From the NCBI GenBank assembly GCA_048886185.1, contig JBHLKY010000013.1, forward strand, positions 30,001-62,000: a DNA stretch of 32,000 nucleotides, read 5' to 3'. The notes beneath the pieces are model-generated. The model saw nothing but the letters and a program-made list of their open reading frames with translations. It did no database searches and was not told where the DNA came from. The stretch is from Candidatus Hermodarchaeota archaeon (GTDB lineage: Archaea; Asgardarchaeota; Heimdallarchaeia; Hodarchaeales; Hodarchaeaceae). Made by a program: the position numbers and the translations under genes. Below are positions 23,713 through 32,000 of the stretch, in pieces (within the stretch, counting starts at the first letter, position 1; each line of letters begins with the position of its first letter).

Positions 23713-25893
23713 ATGCAATTTCCTCATCCTTGCGTACAAAAAATAGTTGATCATGCAAAGAAAGCCCTAGACTCAGGTAAATCCATCAATTTAACACTTG
23801 AAATTAAAAATTTGACACTTTCACAGCGATTTGAATTATTTTGTCTTGTTAAAGACTTGGAAATAATAAATCATGAATCTTTTCCTTTAGAGGTTATAAT
23901 CTGGGAAAAGTTCCATGATCTTTTCCGTAATGACTATTCAGAGACCTCTTTCCTATTTGAACACTTCGATGAGAGTCTTGAGCTGGCTAAAATAGCATTA
24001 ATCTCAGATTTATTCGATTTGGAGGATTATAGGACAATAATACGTTTTCTCTATATAAATCTAGATGAATATGTGAATTCACTGAATAAACTAAATTTAA
24101 GCCTTCTCCACTATCTTCGGGTGCAAAAGGTAGGTTCTCAAGTTCTTGAGATCTTCAGCCACCTCTTAAGATTTCTAGGAATACCTCTAATTGTTTCAGA
24201 AGAAGTAAAAGAATATCTATTAGAATTCTTTCCCGAAGCTGAACCTGAAATTAATGTCTTCTTCGAACTACCTATCTCAACAATACAACGATATCCAGAA
24301 TATATTGAGGAAGTAGCTGAACAACTAAACTATGATAGAACTAATCCTGTATTAAAGGATTGGTTGGATCATGAGACTCTGTTCAAGTTAGAACAAACAA
24401 AAATCAATCAGGTCATAAAATCATGGAAACCAGAAATCTCCCCAGATTCTGTTGATGACCTTGTCACCGATCTTAAGAATTTCTTAGCTAAAAATGATCT
24501 TTCATCGCTTCCAATTGTCTTTAATTCATTTGTAAAACCCTTTTCTTCTTCTTTAAAACCATGTGAAGTAAAGTCGTCGGATTTGAGTTCAAAAATTCCT
24601 CAGGAAATCTTACAAACTTATGTGGAGAAGCTGGTATATCCAATATCATGTCATAAAGAAGATAAAATCAGAATTACTTTTTTAGGAGGAGCTCAAATAG
24701 GAACAATGGGTATTTTGGTCTCTACATCTCAATCAAATGTTCTTCTTGATTACGGGATGTCGGTGGCAAATTATCAGATTCCTTATTGGAATGAGTCATT
24801 GAGATATTTAGATGCCATCTTAGTCTCACATGCTCATCTAGATCATGTTGGAGCTATCCCTTATCTGTATGCGCAGGGGTATAATGGGTATGTTTTTGGT
24901 AGTGGAATGACAAAAAACCTCACTAATTTTCTTCTTCAAGATAATCTTGAATTAATGAAAAAAAATACTAGTGACATTATTAGAAATGAAGATCATCGAT
25001 TCAAATTTCTCTCACAGTCTGCTTATGTTTATCAGATGTTAGATCATTATGTATCCATTAAATCAGGACAGGAGTATCAGATTACTCCAGATATTGTGAT
25101 TAAATCTATTCCCGCTCATCATATTCAAGGTTCTTTAGCTTTTATCATTGAATGTGGAAGTAGACAAATTTTATTTTCAGGAGATGTTAATTTAGATCCA
25201 TCAGCACTTTTTGGGGAAAGATCTCTATCTCTTCCTACGAATGCAGATCTCTCAATTATTGATGGCACTTACTATAATCAAACTCCATTTGATCATATAA
25301 AAAGAGATGAATTACTATTTAACACTGTGAGAGAGGATGAAAGAGTAATAATTCCAGCTTTTAGCATTGGAAGAGCCCAAGAAGTGATGACTAAACTTGA
25401 TAATGCAGGATTAACAAAAGAACGAAAAGTAAGTTTACTCGGTATGGCCACTAAAGTTGCACGGGTTTCTGGACTCCAAACAAAGGGGTATCTGAGTGAT
25501 TATCTTGTACAGCCTTTCAAAGACGAAGTAGTGATCACTGGAGGTGGAATGTTAAGTGGGGGTTATGCGCGGGAATTAGTAGAACTTACAAAAGAAGACT
25601 CCAAAACTACTATTATTCTTTGTGGATTTCTTGCTAAAAATACACTAGGTAATAGACTTTTACATAGGATGGAACCATCATATAAACAGAAGATAGTATT
25701 CACCCGATTTAGTGGCCATTCTTCAAGTAAAACACTATCAACTTATTTAGAGTCTCTTCAAGGCCAGAAAGTTCTCGTTCATCTGGGGAACCTAACTATA
25801 GATCCTTTTACGTCAAAAAAAATCAGAGAGATTATTACTCTCACCCATCCTGATATCAAAGTTCCATCATTGGGATCATCTCTTGAGTTGTAG
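23713..25893 (+). CDS. MBL/beta-CASP family nuclease (CPSF3-like) with an uncharacterised N-terminal region of about 316 aa
   Basis: From 24664: IRITFLGG, LLDYG, SHAHLDHVG (HxHxDH), AHHIQGS, FSGDVN, IIDGTY, IIPAFSIGRAQE, FSGHSS and LVH. ATG 23713 chosen over TTG 23680. Confidence 0.88.
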   Translation: MQFPHPCVQKIVDHAKKALDSGKSINLTLEIKNLTLSQRFELFCLVKDLEIINHESFPLEVIIWEKFHDLFRNDYSETSFLFEHFDESLELAKIALISDLFDLEDYRTIIRFLYINLDEYVNSLNKLNLSLLHYLRVQKVGSQVLEIFSHLLRFLGIPLIVSEEVKEYLLEFFPEAEPEINVFFELPISTIQRYPEYIEEVAEQLNYDRTNPVLKDWLDHETLFKLEQTKINQVIKSWKPEISPDSVDDLVTDLKNFLAKNDLSSLPIVFNSFVKPFSSSLKPCEVKSSDLSSKIPQEILQTYVEKLVYPISCHKEDKIRITFLGGAQIGTMGILVSTSQSNVLLDYGMSVANYQIPYWNESLRYLDAILVSHAHLDHVGAIPYLYAQGYNGYVFGSGMTKNLTNFLLQDNLELMKKNTSDIIRNEDHRFKFLSQSAYVYQMLDHYVSIKSGQEYQITPDIVIKSIPAHHIQGSLAFIIECGSRQILFSGDVNLDPSALFGERSLSLPTNADLSIIDGTYYNQTPFDHIKRDELLFNTVREDERVIIPAFSIGRAQEVMTKLDNAGLTKERKVSLLGMATKVARVSGLQTKGYLSDYLVQPFKDEVVITGGGMLSGGYARELVELTKEDSKTTIILCGFLAKNTLGNRLLHRMEPSYKQKIVFTRFSGHSSSKTLSTYLESLQGQKVLVHLGNLTIDPFTSKKIREIITLTHPDIKVPSLGSSLEL

Positions 25894-25901
25894 AAAGGTT
25901 A

Positions 25902-26711
25902 TCAATAATAATCTGGTTGTCTATGTTGTAAGGAAGGAAGAATAGATCGAACTTGAAATAAAACGGCAGGATCGAGTCGTGCTGTGACAACTTCCTCTTC
26001 TTCAGTCCCCTCAACAAGAATATCTCCCCCAGGATCGTATATTACAGAATGCCCGAAATATTCGAAGTTAAGATCATTCCCAACGCGATTTACACCACAC
26101 ACGAACAATTGGTTTTCAATTGCTCGCGCTTGGAGTAATTTAGTCCATATCTTATATTTCGGATGTGGAAATTCAGCCAAATAGAATATAAAATCTACTT
26201 TACCTTCTAATGTGATCCTACGACTAAGCTCTGGAAATCTCAGGTCATAACAAATAAGAAAACCTAAAATTCCACAGTTTGTTGGATATGAAAGATCTGA
26301 ATGAAGAAATCCTCCAATTGAAAAAATCTCTGGTTCCCTCATTGGAGGAAAAAGATGAATTTTCCTGTATTTGCCTAAAAAAACGCCTGATTCATCCATA
26401 ATTGCTGCTGTATTGTAAAATAAATCCTCTTCTTTTTCGATCCAGCTCGCGATAACTATTGCAGTATGTTGTTTAGCCATTTTTTGAAGGAATGTAGTAG
26501 TTTCCCCTCCAGGAATAATTTCTGCATGTTTCTGGACATTATCTAGATCATATCCCGTGGAAAACAGTTCTGGTAGACAAATAATATGAGGAAGATTCTG
26601 GGGAGCTTGAGAGGCTGCGTTTGAAATTAATTTTTCAGCCTTATTGAGGTTTTTAGTTTTTTTCCCAAATTCAATATCCATCTGTATGAGAGAAACTTGT
26701 GTTGTTTTCAT
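25902..26711 (-). CDS. Carbon-nitrogen hydrolase (nitrilase superfamily), omega-amidase Nit2/YafV/MtnU-like
   Basis: Catalytic triad motifs ICLPELF (E), GKYRKIHLF (K) and LICYDLRFPE (C); also RAIENQ and YFGHS. Confidence 0.92.
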   Translation of the reverse strand: MKTTQVSLIQMDIEFGKKTKNLNKAEKLISNAASQAPQNLPHIICLPELFSTGYDLDNVQKHAEIIPGGETTTFLQKMAKQHTAIVIASWIEKEEDLFYNTAAIMDESGVFLGKYRKIHLFPPMREPEIFSIGGFLHSDLSYPTNCGILGFLICYDLRFPELSRRITLEGKVDFIFYLAEFPHPKYKIWTKLLQARAIENQLFVCGVNRVGNDLNFEYFGHSVIYDPGGDILVEGTEEEEVVTARLDPAVLFQVRSILPSLQHRQPDYY

Positions 26712-26721
26712 TTAGTTAAAC

Positions 26722-27567
26722 TCATTCAGGGGTGATTTCAGAATCAGACATTACGTGGATAAGACGTTTGTTTGTGTATAAGTATACACAGAAGAAGATT
26801 ACTAAGGCTCCAATAAATGAAGCACCAACTCCTAGGATCGTATGTAAGAAGGTTTCATAAGAGGTATCTGCTTGAAACGTAAAATAAATGAAGTCCCAGA
26901 AACCATGAATAGCAATTGGAAGGATTAAATTATATTTAGTACTCTTGAAAGTATACGAAAATGTTAATCCCATAGCAAAAGCACTGAGGAAAATAGCAAA
27001 CATACTTGGTAAATTACCCCCAGGAGCTAACAATAACAGATGGAGAAGACCAAATAACGTTGCAGAGACACTGGCTGCGATAATGAACGGATATTTTGAC
27101 TCTATTATCGTTTGAAGATAACCACGAAAAAGCAGCTCTTCACCAATCCCAAAACCAAAATAAGCAATTAAAAGTGATAATATAATTCCAAAAATATCAA
27201 GAAGTCCTCCAATTGTTACAATCTCGAAAATATATTCAAGAATGATTGTCGGGATAATACCAGCAATTGTGATTGGGATACTAAGAAGAATCCATTCCCA
27301 TCCATATTTGTAATTCCAAGAAAAACCCGCAACACTCATTCTTTGACGATCGAATTGTAAAAAGATGTAAACCAAACCAACCCCAACCACTCCATTCATA
27401 GCACGGACAATATTTATCTCTAAGGTAGGGGGAAAGGGATTTCCATTATTGAAAACGGCTCGGACTATCCCTAATATAAATCCTTGAAAGCTGAAAACTA
27501 GAATCACGCAAATAGCAAAGAATAGAATAACACGGATCCATAAGTCTTGTGTTGAGTATTTTTTCAT
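26722..27567 (-). CDS. CPBP/Abi (CAAX protease type II) intramembrane metalloprotease
   Basis: GEELLFRGY, FGLLH and AIHGFWD, with multiple TM helices. Confidence 0.92.
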   Translation of the reverse strand: MKKYSTQDLWIRVILFFAICVILVFSFQGFILGIVRAVFNNGNPFPPTLEINIVRAMNGVVGVGLVYIFLQFDRQRMSVAGFSWNYKYGWEWILLSIPITIAGIIPTIILEYIFEIVTIGGLLDIFGIILSLLIAYFGFGIGEELLFRGYLQTIIESKYPFIIAASVSATLFGLLHLLLLAPGGNLPSMFAIFLSAFAMGLTFSYTFKSTKYNLILPIAIHGFWDFIYFTFQADTSYETFLHTILGVGASFIGALVIFFCVYLYTNKRLIHVMSDSEITPE

Positions 27568-27724
27568 TAATCCAATCCTCTAAATGCTGTTTGAATGTGG
27601 TTTATTGTATATCTAATTCAAAAGAAGTAGTTCCATTGAGAAACACAAAAAGATCTTGTCTATACAAGAGAGGATTGAATATATTTTAAAATGGTTTTGA
27701 TTTAATGATTCTCAGTGAAAAGAA

Positions 27725-29293
27725 GTGGTTGGTCCTCTTGTTGCATTTGCAGGTCTAACTGTGGCAGCTCTAGTTAAACAGGTTGTAGCAGATTATACAG
27801 CGAATATGGCGAAGAAAAAATTAGCAAAATCCTTTCTCATTGAAAGAATAGACACTAAATTGGAGAAAAAGCTCGGAAAGGATTTTTTAAAAGAAAAATT
27901 GAATGATGACAATATGGAGGAGGTACGTCAGGTCATCCATGAAGAATTAGCGGCCTATTCTCCTCGTAAAGACCTCGATCAACTGATCATCAATAGTGCT
28001 CAGAAATTAAGTGATGAACACGAAGAGATATTAACTAAACTGGATTCTATAGAGAATCTTCTGCAGAAAATTTCAATTCCCTTTGCATATACTATAGCTA
28101 AAGAAAGTGAGAGAGAAATTCCTGAAGAATTATTAAGTGGCCTTTTAGAAGGTAGTCTACAAGGGCAAAATTCGTCCCAGAAGGTATTATCTGAACTAAC
28201 AGATGATAAACACTTGCCAAGTGAAGTATTAAATGCACTAAAAGAGTTTGAGTTCATAAAAAGGATTCACACGGAAGGAGAAACAGAAATTTCTCGTTTA
28301 GTGAAGAAATTTGCTTACACTCAAGGAGAGATTAATAGTTTGAGTACTTTGATGGACATTTCTTCCTTATTAGTGGGTGGATCAAATGAAGAACTGGAAA
28401 ATTTAATATCTGATTTTGTTTTTAAAATGATAAACGAAGGAGTAAACACTTCTGTTATGGAAGATTCAGTAATTTCATTATGTTTCATTATACATAGGTT
28501 AGGGAAATTCGAGCTTCTATCTCAAAATGATCGTTTACTCTTGAGCTCATTCTTAAAAAAGAATGTTCAAAAGATTGAAGACCCCACTCGCATGCTAGAA
28601 GCATACTTTTTACTTTCTGTATTAGATATGGCAGCTGACATCAATACAACTTTTATTAAAGAGATTTTAAGCAGATACCAACAACAAGGGATTAGTTCTG
28701 TAAAAGAGATGTCAGGGCAATTACGTATTGATGGGAGGATTGCACGTTTTTTAAGACGGATAGGATTCCGAACTTCGAAACCAGAGGAATCATTACGAGA
28801 TATAAAACTGTTAATTCGAAAATTAGACAAAAGGAAGTTTGTAAGAAGTACTCAGCTACTGAAATACCAATTGAATCGGCTTATAACAGAGATAAATTTA
28901 ATGGCTGTTTATTTTGAGAAAAATGATCCCACAGAAGTCAATCTAGAAGAACTAATTGAATTGCTTCAGCTTTTATTTGAGATTCTTAACCGCCCAAGGG
29001 TGTTTCAATTAGATTTAGAGACACGTAAGAACGTTATTGAATTGATGGATGCTGCTTACTATCTTTATGACTTACTAGCGGTTCGAAACTCTTGGAATGT
29101 GATAAACAAGTTTCAATTAGATGTAAAATCATTGTATTCTCCTACTCTTGGAAGTTATGAAAGGGTAACAACTGATCAAGCAGCTTTCAATCGTGCTCTC
29201 ATTGACTTTTCACGAAGTAGGCTTAAGAGGATAGAACGAGATTTACCTAGTCCTCCTCGGAAAGATGCTAAACCAAGGACAAAATTGAAATAG
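27725..29293 (+). CDS. Hypothetical all-helical protein
   Basis: 522-aa ORF with a hydrophobic N-terminal helix, a short coiled coil and a Leu-rich helical remainder. No family recognised. Confidence 0.75.
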   Translation: MVGPLVAFAGLTVAALVKQVVADYTANMAKKKLAKSFLIERIDTKLEKKLGKDFLKEKLNDDNMEEVRQVIHEELAAYSPRKDLDQLIINSAQKLSDEHEEILTKLDSIENLLQKISIPFAYTIAKESEREIPEELLSGLLEGSLQGQNSSQKVLSELTDDKHLPSEVLNALKEFEFIKRIHTEGETEISRLVKKFAYTQGEINSLSTLMDISSLLVGGSNEELENLISDFVFKMINEGVNTSVMEDSVISLCFIIHRLGKFELLSQNDRLLLSSFLKKNVQKIEDPTRMLEAYFLLSVLDMAADINTTFIKEILSRYQQQGISSVKEMSGQLRIDGRIARFLRRIGFRTSKPEESLRDIKLLIRKLDKRKFVRSTQLLKYQLNRLITEINLMAVYFEKNDPTEVNLEELIELLQLLFEILNRPRVFQLDLETRKNVIELMDAAYYLYDLLAVRNSWNVINKFQLDVKSLYSPTLGSYERVTTDQAAFNRALIDFSRSRLKRIERDLPSPPRKDAKPRTKLK

Positions 29294-29306
29294 AGAGCCT
29301 AAAGAC

Positions 29307-29320
29307 TTTTTTCATTTTTT
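29307..29320 (+). terminator. Putative oligo-T terminator
   Basis: TTTTTTCATTTTTT 13 nt after the stop at 29293. Confidence 0.45.
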
Positions 29321-29638
29321 ACTAATCATAATCACTCATACACGATAAACAAAAGAAAAGTCTCACTTAATTCTTCTCATATTAAGCTAATGATTCTGAT
29401 AATAAAAGGGCTGAATATATAAGTAATGCAATACTCTTAAGGTTTGACCTTATTAGCAAGTAGATGGTTTGCAAACATTTTTAATCAATTTCGTGTGATT
29501 GTAGTTCCAACAGCAGTAAGCCTAAGTAATAATAGAAGAGAATTCATGACCATACTAAAAAGCATGGTTGTTTTATAAGTGCTTACCTCGAACTGATACA
29601 ACTCAATCTATGATTTCTAGGCCCAATTTGGTGTAAGT

Positions 29639-30664
29639 ATGCTCTTTGAAGGGATAATACTGACAGTAATGGCTGATTCAGGGCCAATGACTGAAATTAA
29701 TCTCTCAAAGTTAGATGATACAAGTGCAATGAAATTAAGTATCAGTTTAATGACCGCACTCGGTTTAGGAGAGAGCCAAGACCAATTAAACCAGCTTCAT
29801 GGTTCATTCCCAGTTCCAGGGCGCAAAGAATTATCCTTAGCTTATCCATTCTTAGTAGCTTCTACTACATCAGCTGATCCTCGTATTCAAGCAGCTGGAC
29901 GATATTGTACGCTTTTCCTCCTATTTTCTCGGGAGACAAAGCAGAAAGTGCTAGCAAGTTATGAAATAATTGAACAAATAATTTCAAGAACACTCAAATC
30001 GGTAACCCAGCAAGCTGACTTGACAACAGGATTTATAAAGGAGATATATACGAATATTGAAAGTGTGGTGGCAACTAGGGAAGGTACAAGCACTCCTGCA
30101 GCCATTAAACGGTCTACAGCAGATTTAGAGAGAATTAAAGTTGTACACGATCGGTCTCAAATCCTATCTGCCATTATTCGTGAAATAACTCAGATTCAGA
30201 CATCTATCCAATCATTATTAGACGAACTAATGGTTTTCACAGATACCCCTATTCTAGAGGGATCTTATTACATGCGTCCAATTATTAAAGCAGAAGATTT
30301 TATTAAAATATTACCCCAAATCTCTCGATATGAGAAAATACTTGCAAAGTTAGATGGGGAAGATAAAGAAACAGTAAGAGAGATCGTTGAACCTTCTATA
30401 CTTGTAAGAATTGGGAATCTTTTTTATTGGAAAGCACTAAGTTCTCAACAGATGTTAGAATATGAGAAAGCAATTGAGTTCTATTTACGAGCAAATCAGC
30501 TGAAAGACGACTCAATATTGTATCTTACCATTGGATCTATTTACCGAAGAATGGATCGGTCTGGTGATGCAAAAGATTGGATTGAGGGAGGATTTTCACG
30601 GATGAGAAATCGAAAGGAATCTATTCGAATTTCACGAAATATGCTCTTTGGGGATGTCCGCTAA
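29639..30664 (+). CDS. uDENN/longin-like N-terminal domain with C-terminal TPR repeats
   Basis: N-terminal EGIILTVMADSGP...LHGSFPVP...LAYPF...DPR...GRYCTLFLLF resembles the uDENN/folliculin-type longin pattern. C-terminal ILVRIGNLFY...YEKAIEFYLRANQL..DSILYLTIGSIYRRM..SGDAKDWI is TPR-like. Confidence 0.72.
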   Translation: MLFEGIILTVMADSGPMTEINLSKLDDTSAMKLSISLMTALGLGESQDQLNQLHGSFPVPGRKELSLAYPFLVASTTSADPRIQAAGRYCTLFLLFSRETKQKVLASYEIIEQIISRTLKSVTQQADLTTGFIKEIYTNIESVVATREGTSTPAAIKRSTADLERIKVVHDRSQILSAIIREITQIQTSIQSLLDELMVFTDTPILEGSYYMRPIIKAEDFIKILPQISRYEKILAKLDGEDKETVREIVEPSILVRIGNLFYWKALSSQQMLEYEKAIEFYLRANQLKDDSILYLTIGSIYRRMDRSGDAKDWIEGGFSRMRNRKESIRISRNMLFGDVR

Positions 30665-30703
30665 GTATAAGAAAAATACTCCCTTCCAGGTTTTCTAGAA
30701 TTT

Positions 30704-31996
30704 TCATTCTGAATTGCGTTTTCGCTTCTGTTTTTCAGGATTACCTAAAGGCAATTTTCCTCCCGTTAAACCCACCTCTTTGGCAAGCTCCATGAATGGG
30801 AGTACCATTTGTGCTACTGATTTGTAGGCATCCTGTCCTTCACCCAATAATATCATACGATCGATGTTGATATTCTTGAAAATTTCAGGAAGCATATCAA
30901 TCGTCTTTAATTGTATATATTTTTCATCAGCTTGACTTAATGCTTTCGCTTGCTCAAGAATTCCTTCAGCAATAGCCACTTGTGTTTGACGAATTTTAGC
31001 TGCCTCACCTTCTGCTTCGTTTAGTAATTGGTCTTTTCGTGCTTCAGCTTGTTGCCTGATTCGTTCAGCTTCAACTCCTACTTCTTGAGTGACACGAAGG
31101 AATTTTTCTGCTTCAGCATTGATTTGTTTCTGGCGACGCTCTGTTTCTGCGGCAATTACTGCCCTTTCTTGTTCTAATTGAGCAATTTGAATTTCCCTAT
31201 GCTTAGCTTTCGATTCAATGGAAAGTTTGACCTCCTGATCAGAAAGACCTGTTTTCTGTCTTACATCAAGGTTTCGAAGCTGTACTCTTTCTTCCATTTC
31301 GGCTTGTCGGAGCTGGGCGTTTTGTGCTTCCTCAATCTTTTTCACAGCTTCAAGATTATCTTTGAGTCGTTCATCAAGAACCTCAACATCTCGGATTTCA
31401 ATAGATTCAATGGTAACTCCCCAATCCCCTGCGAGTGCATGAAGTTCAGTTGTAACATTTTTAATGATTTCAGCACGATTGCGTATAATTTGTTCTATTT
31501 TCATGTTTGCACATGTTGTTCGAATGATTGCTTCTGTAGCATTCTTTATTGCTTTTTCTATATAATCACTCCTATGAGGATCCCAACTTACCTTGGAAAA
31601 AGAGATTTCAGGGTTTGTTACTCTCCAATACACAAATGCAGTCAATGCGACATCTTGATATTCATAAGAAACAACCTTTTCACGAGCCTCCAATAAGGTT
31701 TGTTGAACAGTAGTGGGAATAACAACTACTTCATCGAAAACAGGCCATAAGATTACTGTTCCGCCCGTTCCAGCTCGTTTAACTTTTCCACGTCGGAAAT
31801 GAATAACATATTCGTTTGTCTTAAACTTCTTAAATCGAGAGACATAGAATATGATGATGAAAAGAAATAATAAAAATAAGAAAACAAACACGATGCCGAC
31901 ATAAGGGATTAATTTAGGAAAAGCAAGGATTATACCCATTGCAACTACGATAAAAACGATAAACAGACCACCCATATAAAATAATTCTTTTTTCAT
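30704..31996 (-). CDS. SPFH/band 7 domain protein, flotillin-like
   Basis: Two N-terminal hydrophobic segments, SPFH core (NEYVIHFRRGK...ILWP...VALTAFVYWRV...IIRNRAEI...WGVTIESIEIRDV) and an A/E/Q/R-rich coiled-coil tail (AEAE/EAEGEA-type). Confidence 0.92.
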   Translation of the reverse strand: MKKELFYMGGLFIVFIVVAMGIILAFPKLIPYVGIVFVFLFLLFLFIIIFYVSRFKKFKTNEYVIHFRRGKVKRAGTGGTVILWPVFDEVVVIPTTVQQTLLEAREKVVSYEYQDVALTAFVYWRVTNPEISFSKVSWDPHRSDYIEKAIKNATEAIIRTTCANMKIEQIIRNRAEIIKNVTTELHALAGDWGVTIESIEIRDVEVLDERLKDNLEAVKKIEEAQNAQLRQAEMEERVQLRNLDVRQKTGLSDQEVKLSIESKAKHREIQIAQLEQERAVIAAETERRQKQINAEAEKFLRVTQEVGVEAERIRQQAEARKDQLLNEAEGEAAKIRQTQVAIAEGILEQAKALSQADEKYIQLKTIDMLPEIFKNINIDRMILLGEGQDAYKSVAQMVLPFMELAKEVGLTGGKLPLGNPEKQKRKRNSE

Positions 31997-32000
31997 TTAT

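Noticed and set aside
27573-27677. 9-bp inverted repeat CAATCCTCT...AGAGGATTG as possible mobile-element (MITE) ends
   Set aside because: The arms are short, one coincides with the CPBP ribosome-binding site, no target-site duplication is evident, and there is no second copy or transposase in the window.
31178-31696. 172-aa plus-strand ORF
   Set aside because: It is an antisense shadow of the flotillin coiled-coil region, with atypical Phe/Cys-rich composition.
1-32000. tRNA, rRNA, CRISPR arrays, transposases, integrases
   Set aside because: No cloverleaf or T-loop signature in intergenic DNA, no long GC-rich RNA gene, no regularly spaced direct repeats and no transposase or recombinase motifs were seen.

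Overview
AT-rich (roughly one-third GC by eye), gene-dense archaeal chromosomal segment with about 28 CDSs. I found no rRNA, tRNA, CRISPR array or transposase. A gelsolin domain, a longin-like ORF and a uDENN/folliculin-type longin domain, together with archaeal Nep1 and an ADP-forming acyl-CoA synthetase alpha subunit, point to an Asgard archaeon (inference). Housekeeping and metabolic genes: DegT aminotransferase, YggS/PLPBP, Nep1, YjjX-type ITPase, Fpg/MutM, AcdA, MtnA, a nitrilase-family amidase, a CPBP protease and a flotillin-like SPFH protein. Most unusual items: (1) a TrmB-like protein whose wHTH and PLD-like domains are separated by about 1,170 aa of helical rod with local 11-residue periodicity; (2) an orphan beta-class DNA methyltransferase fused to a degenerate second copy of itself, resembling an active/inactive pseudo-dimer; (3) a gelsolin-Zn-ribbon fusion; (4) a uDENN-TPR protein convergent with the flotillin; (5) a truncated longin abutting fpg; (6) an AOR-family protein lacking the usual catalytic motifs; (7) a beta-CASP nuclease with an unrecognised N-terminal region of about 316 aa. 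All assignments come from motifs read by eye and recalled family knowledge; no database search or folding program was run.
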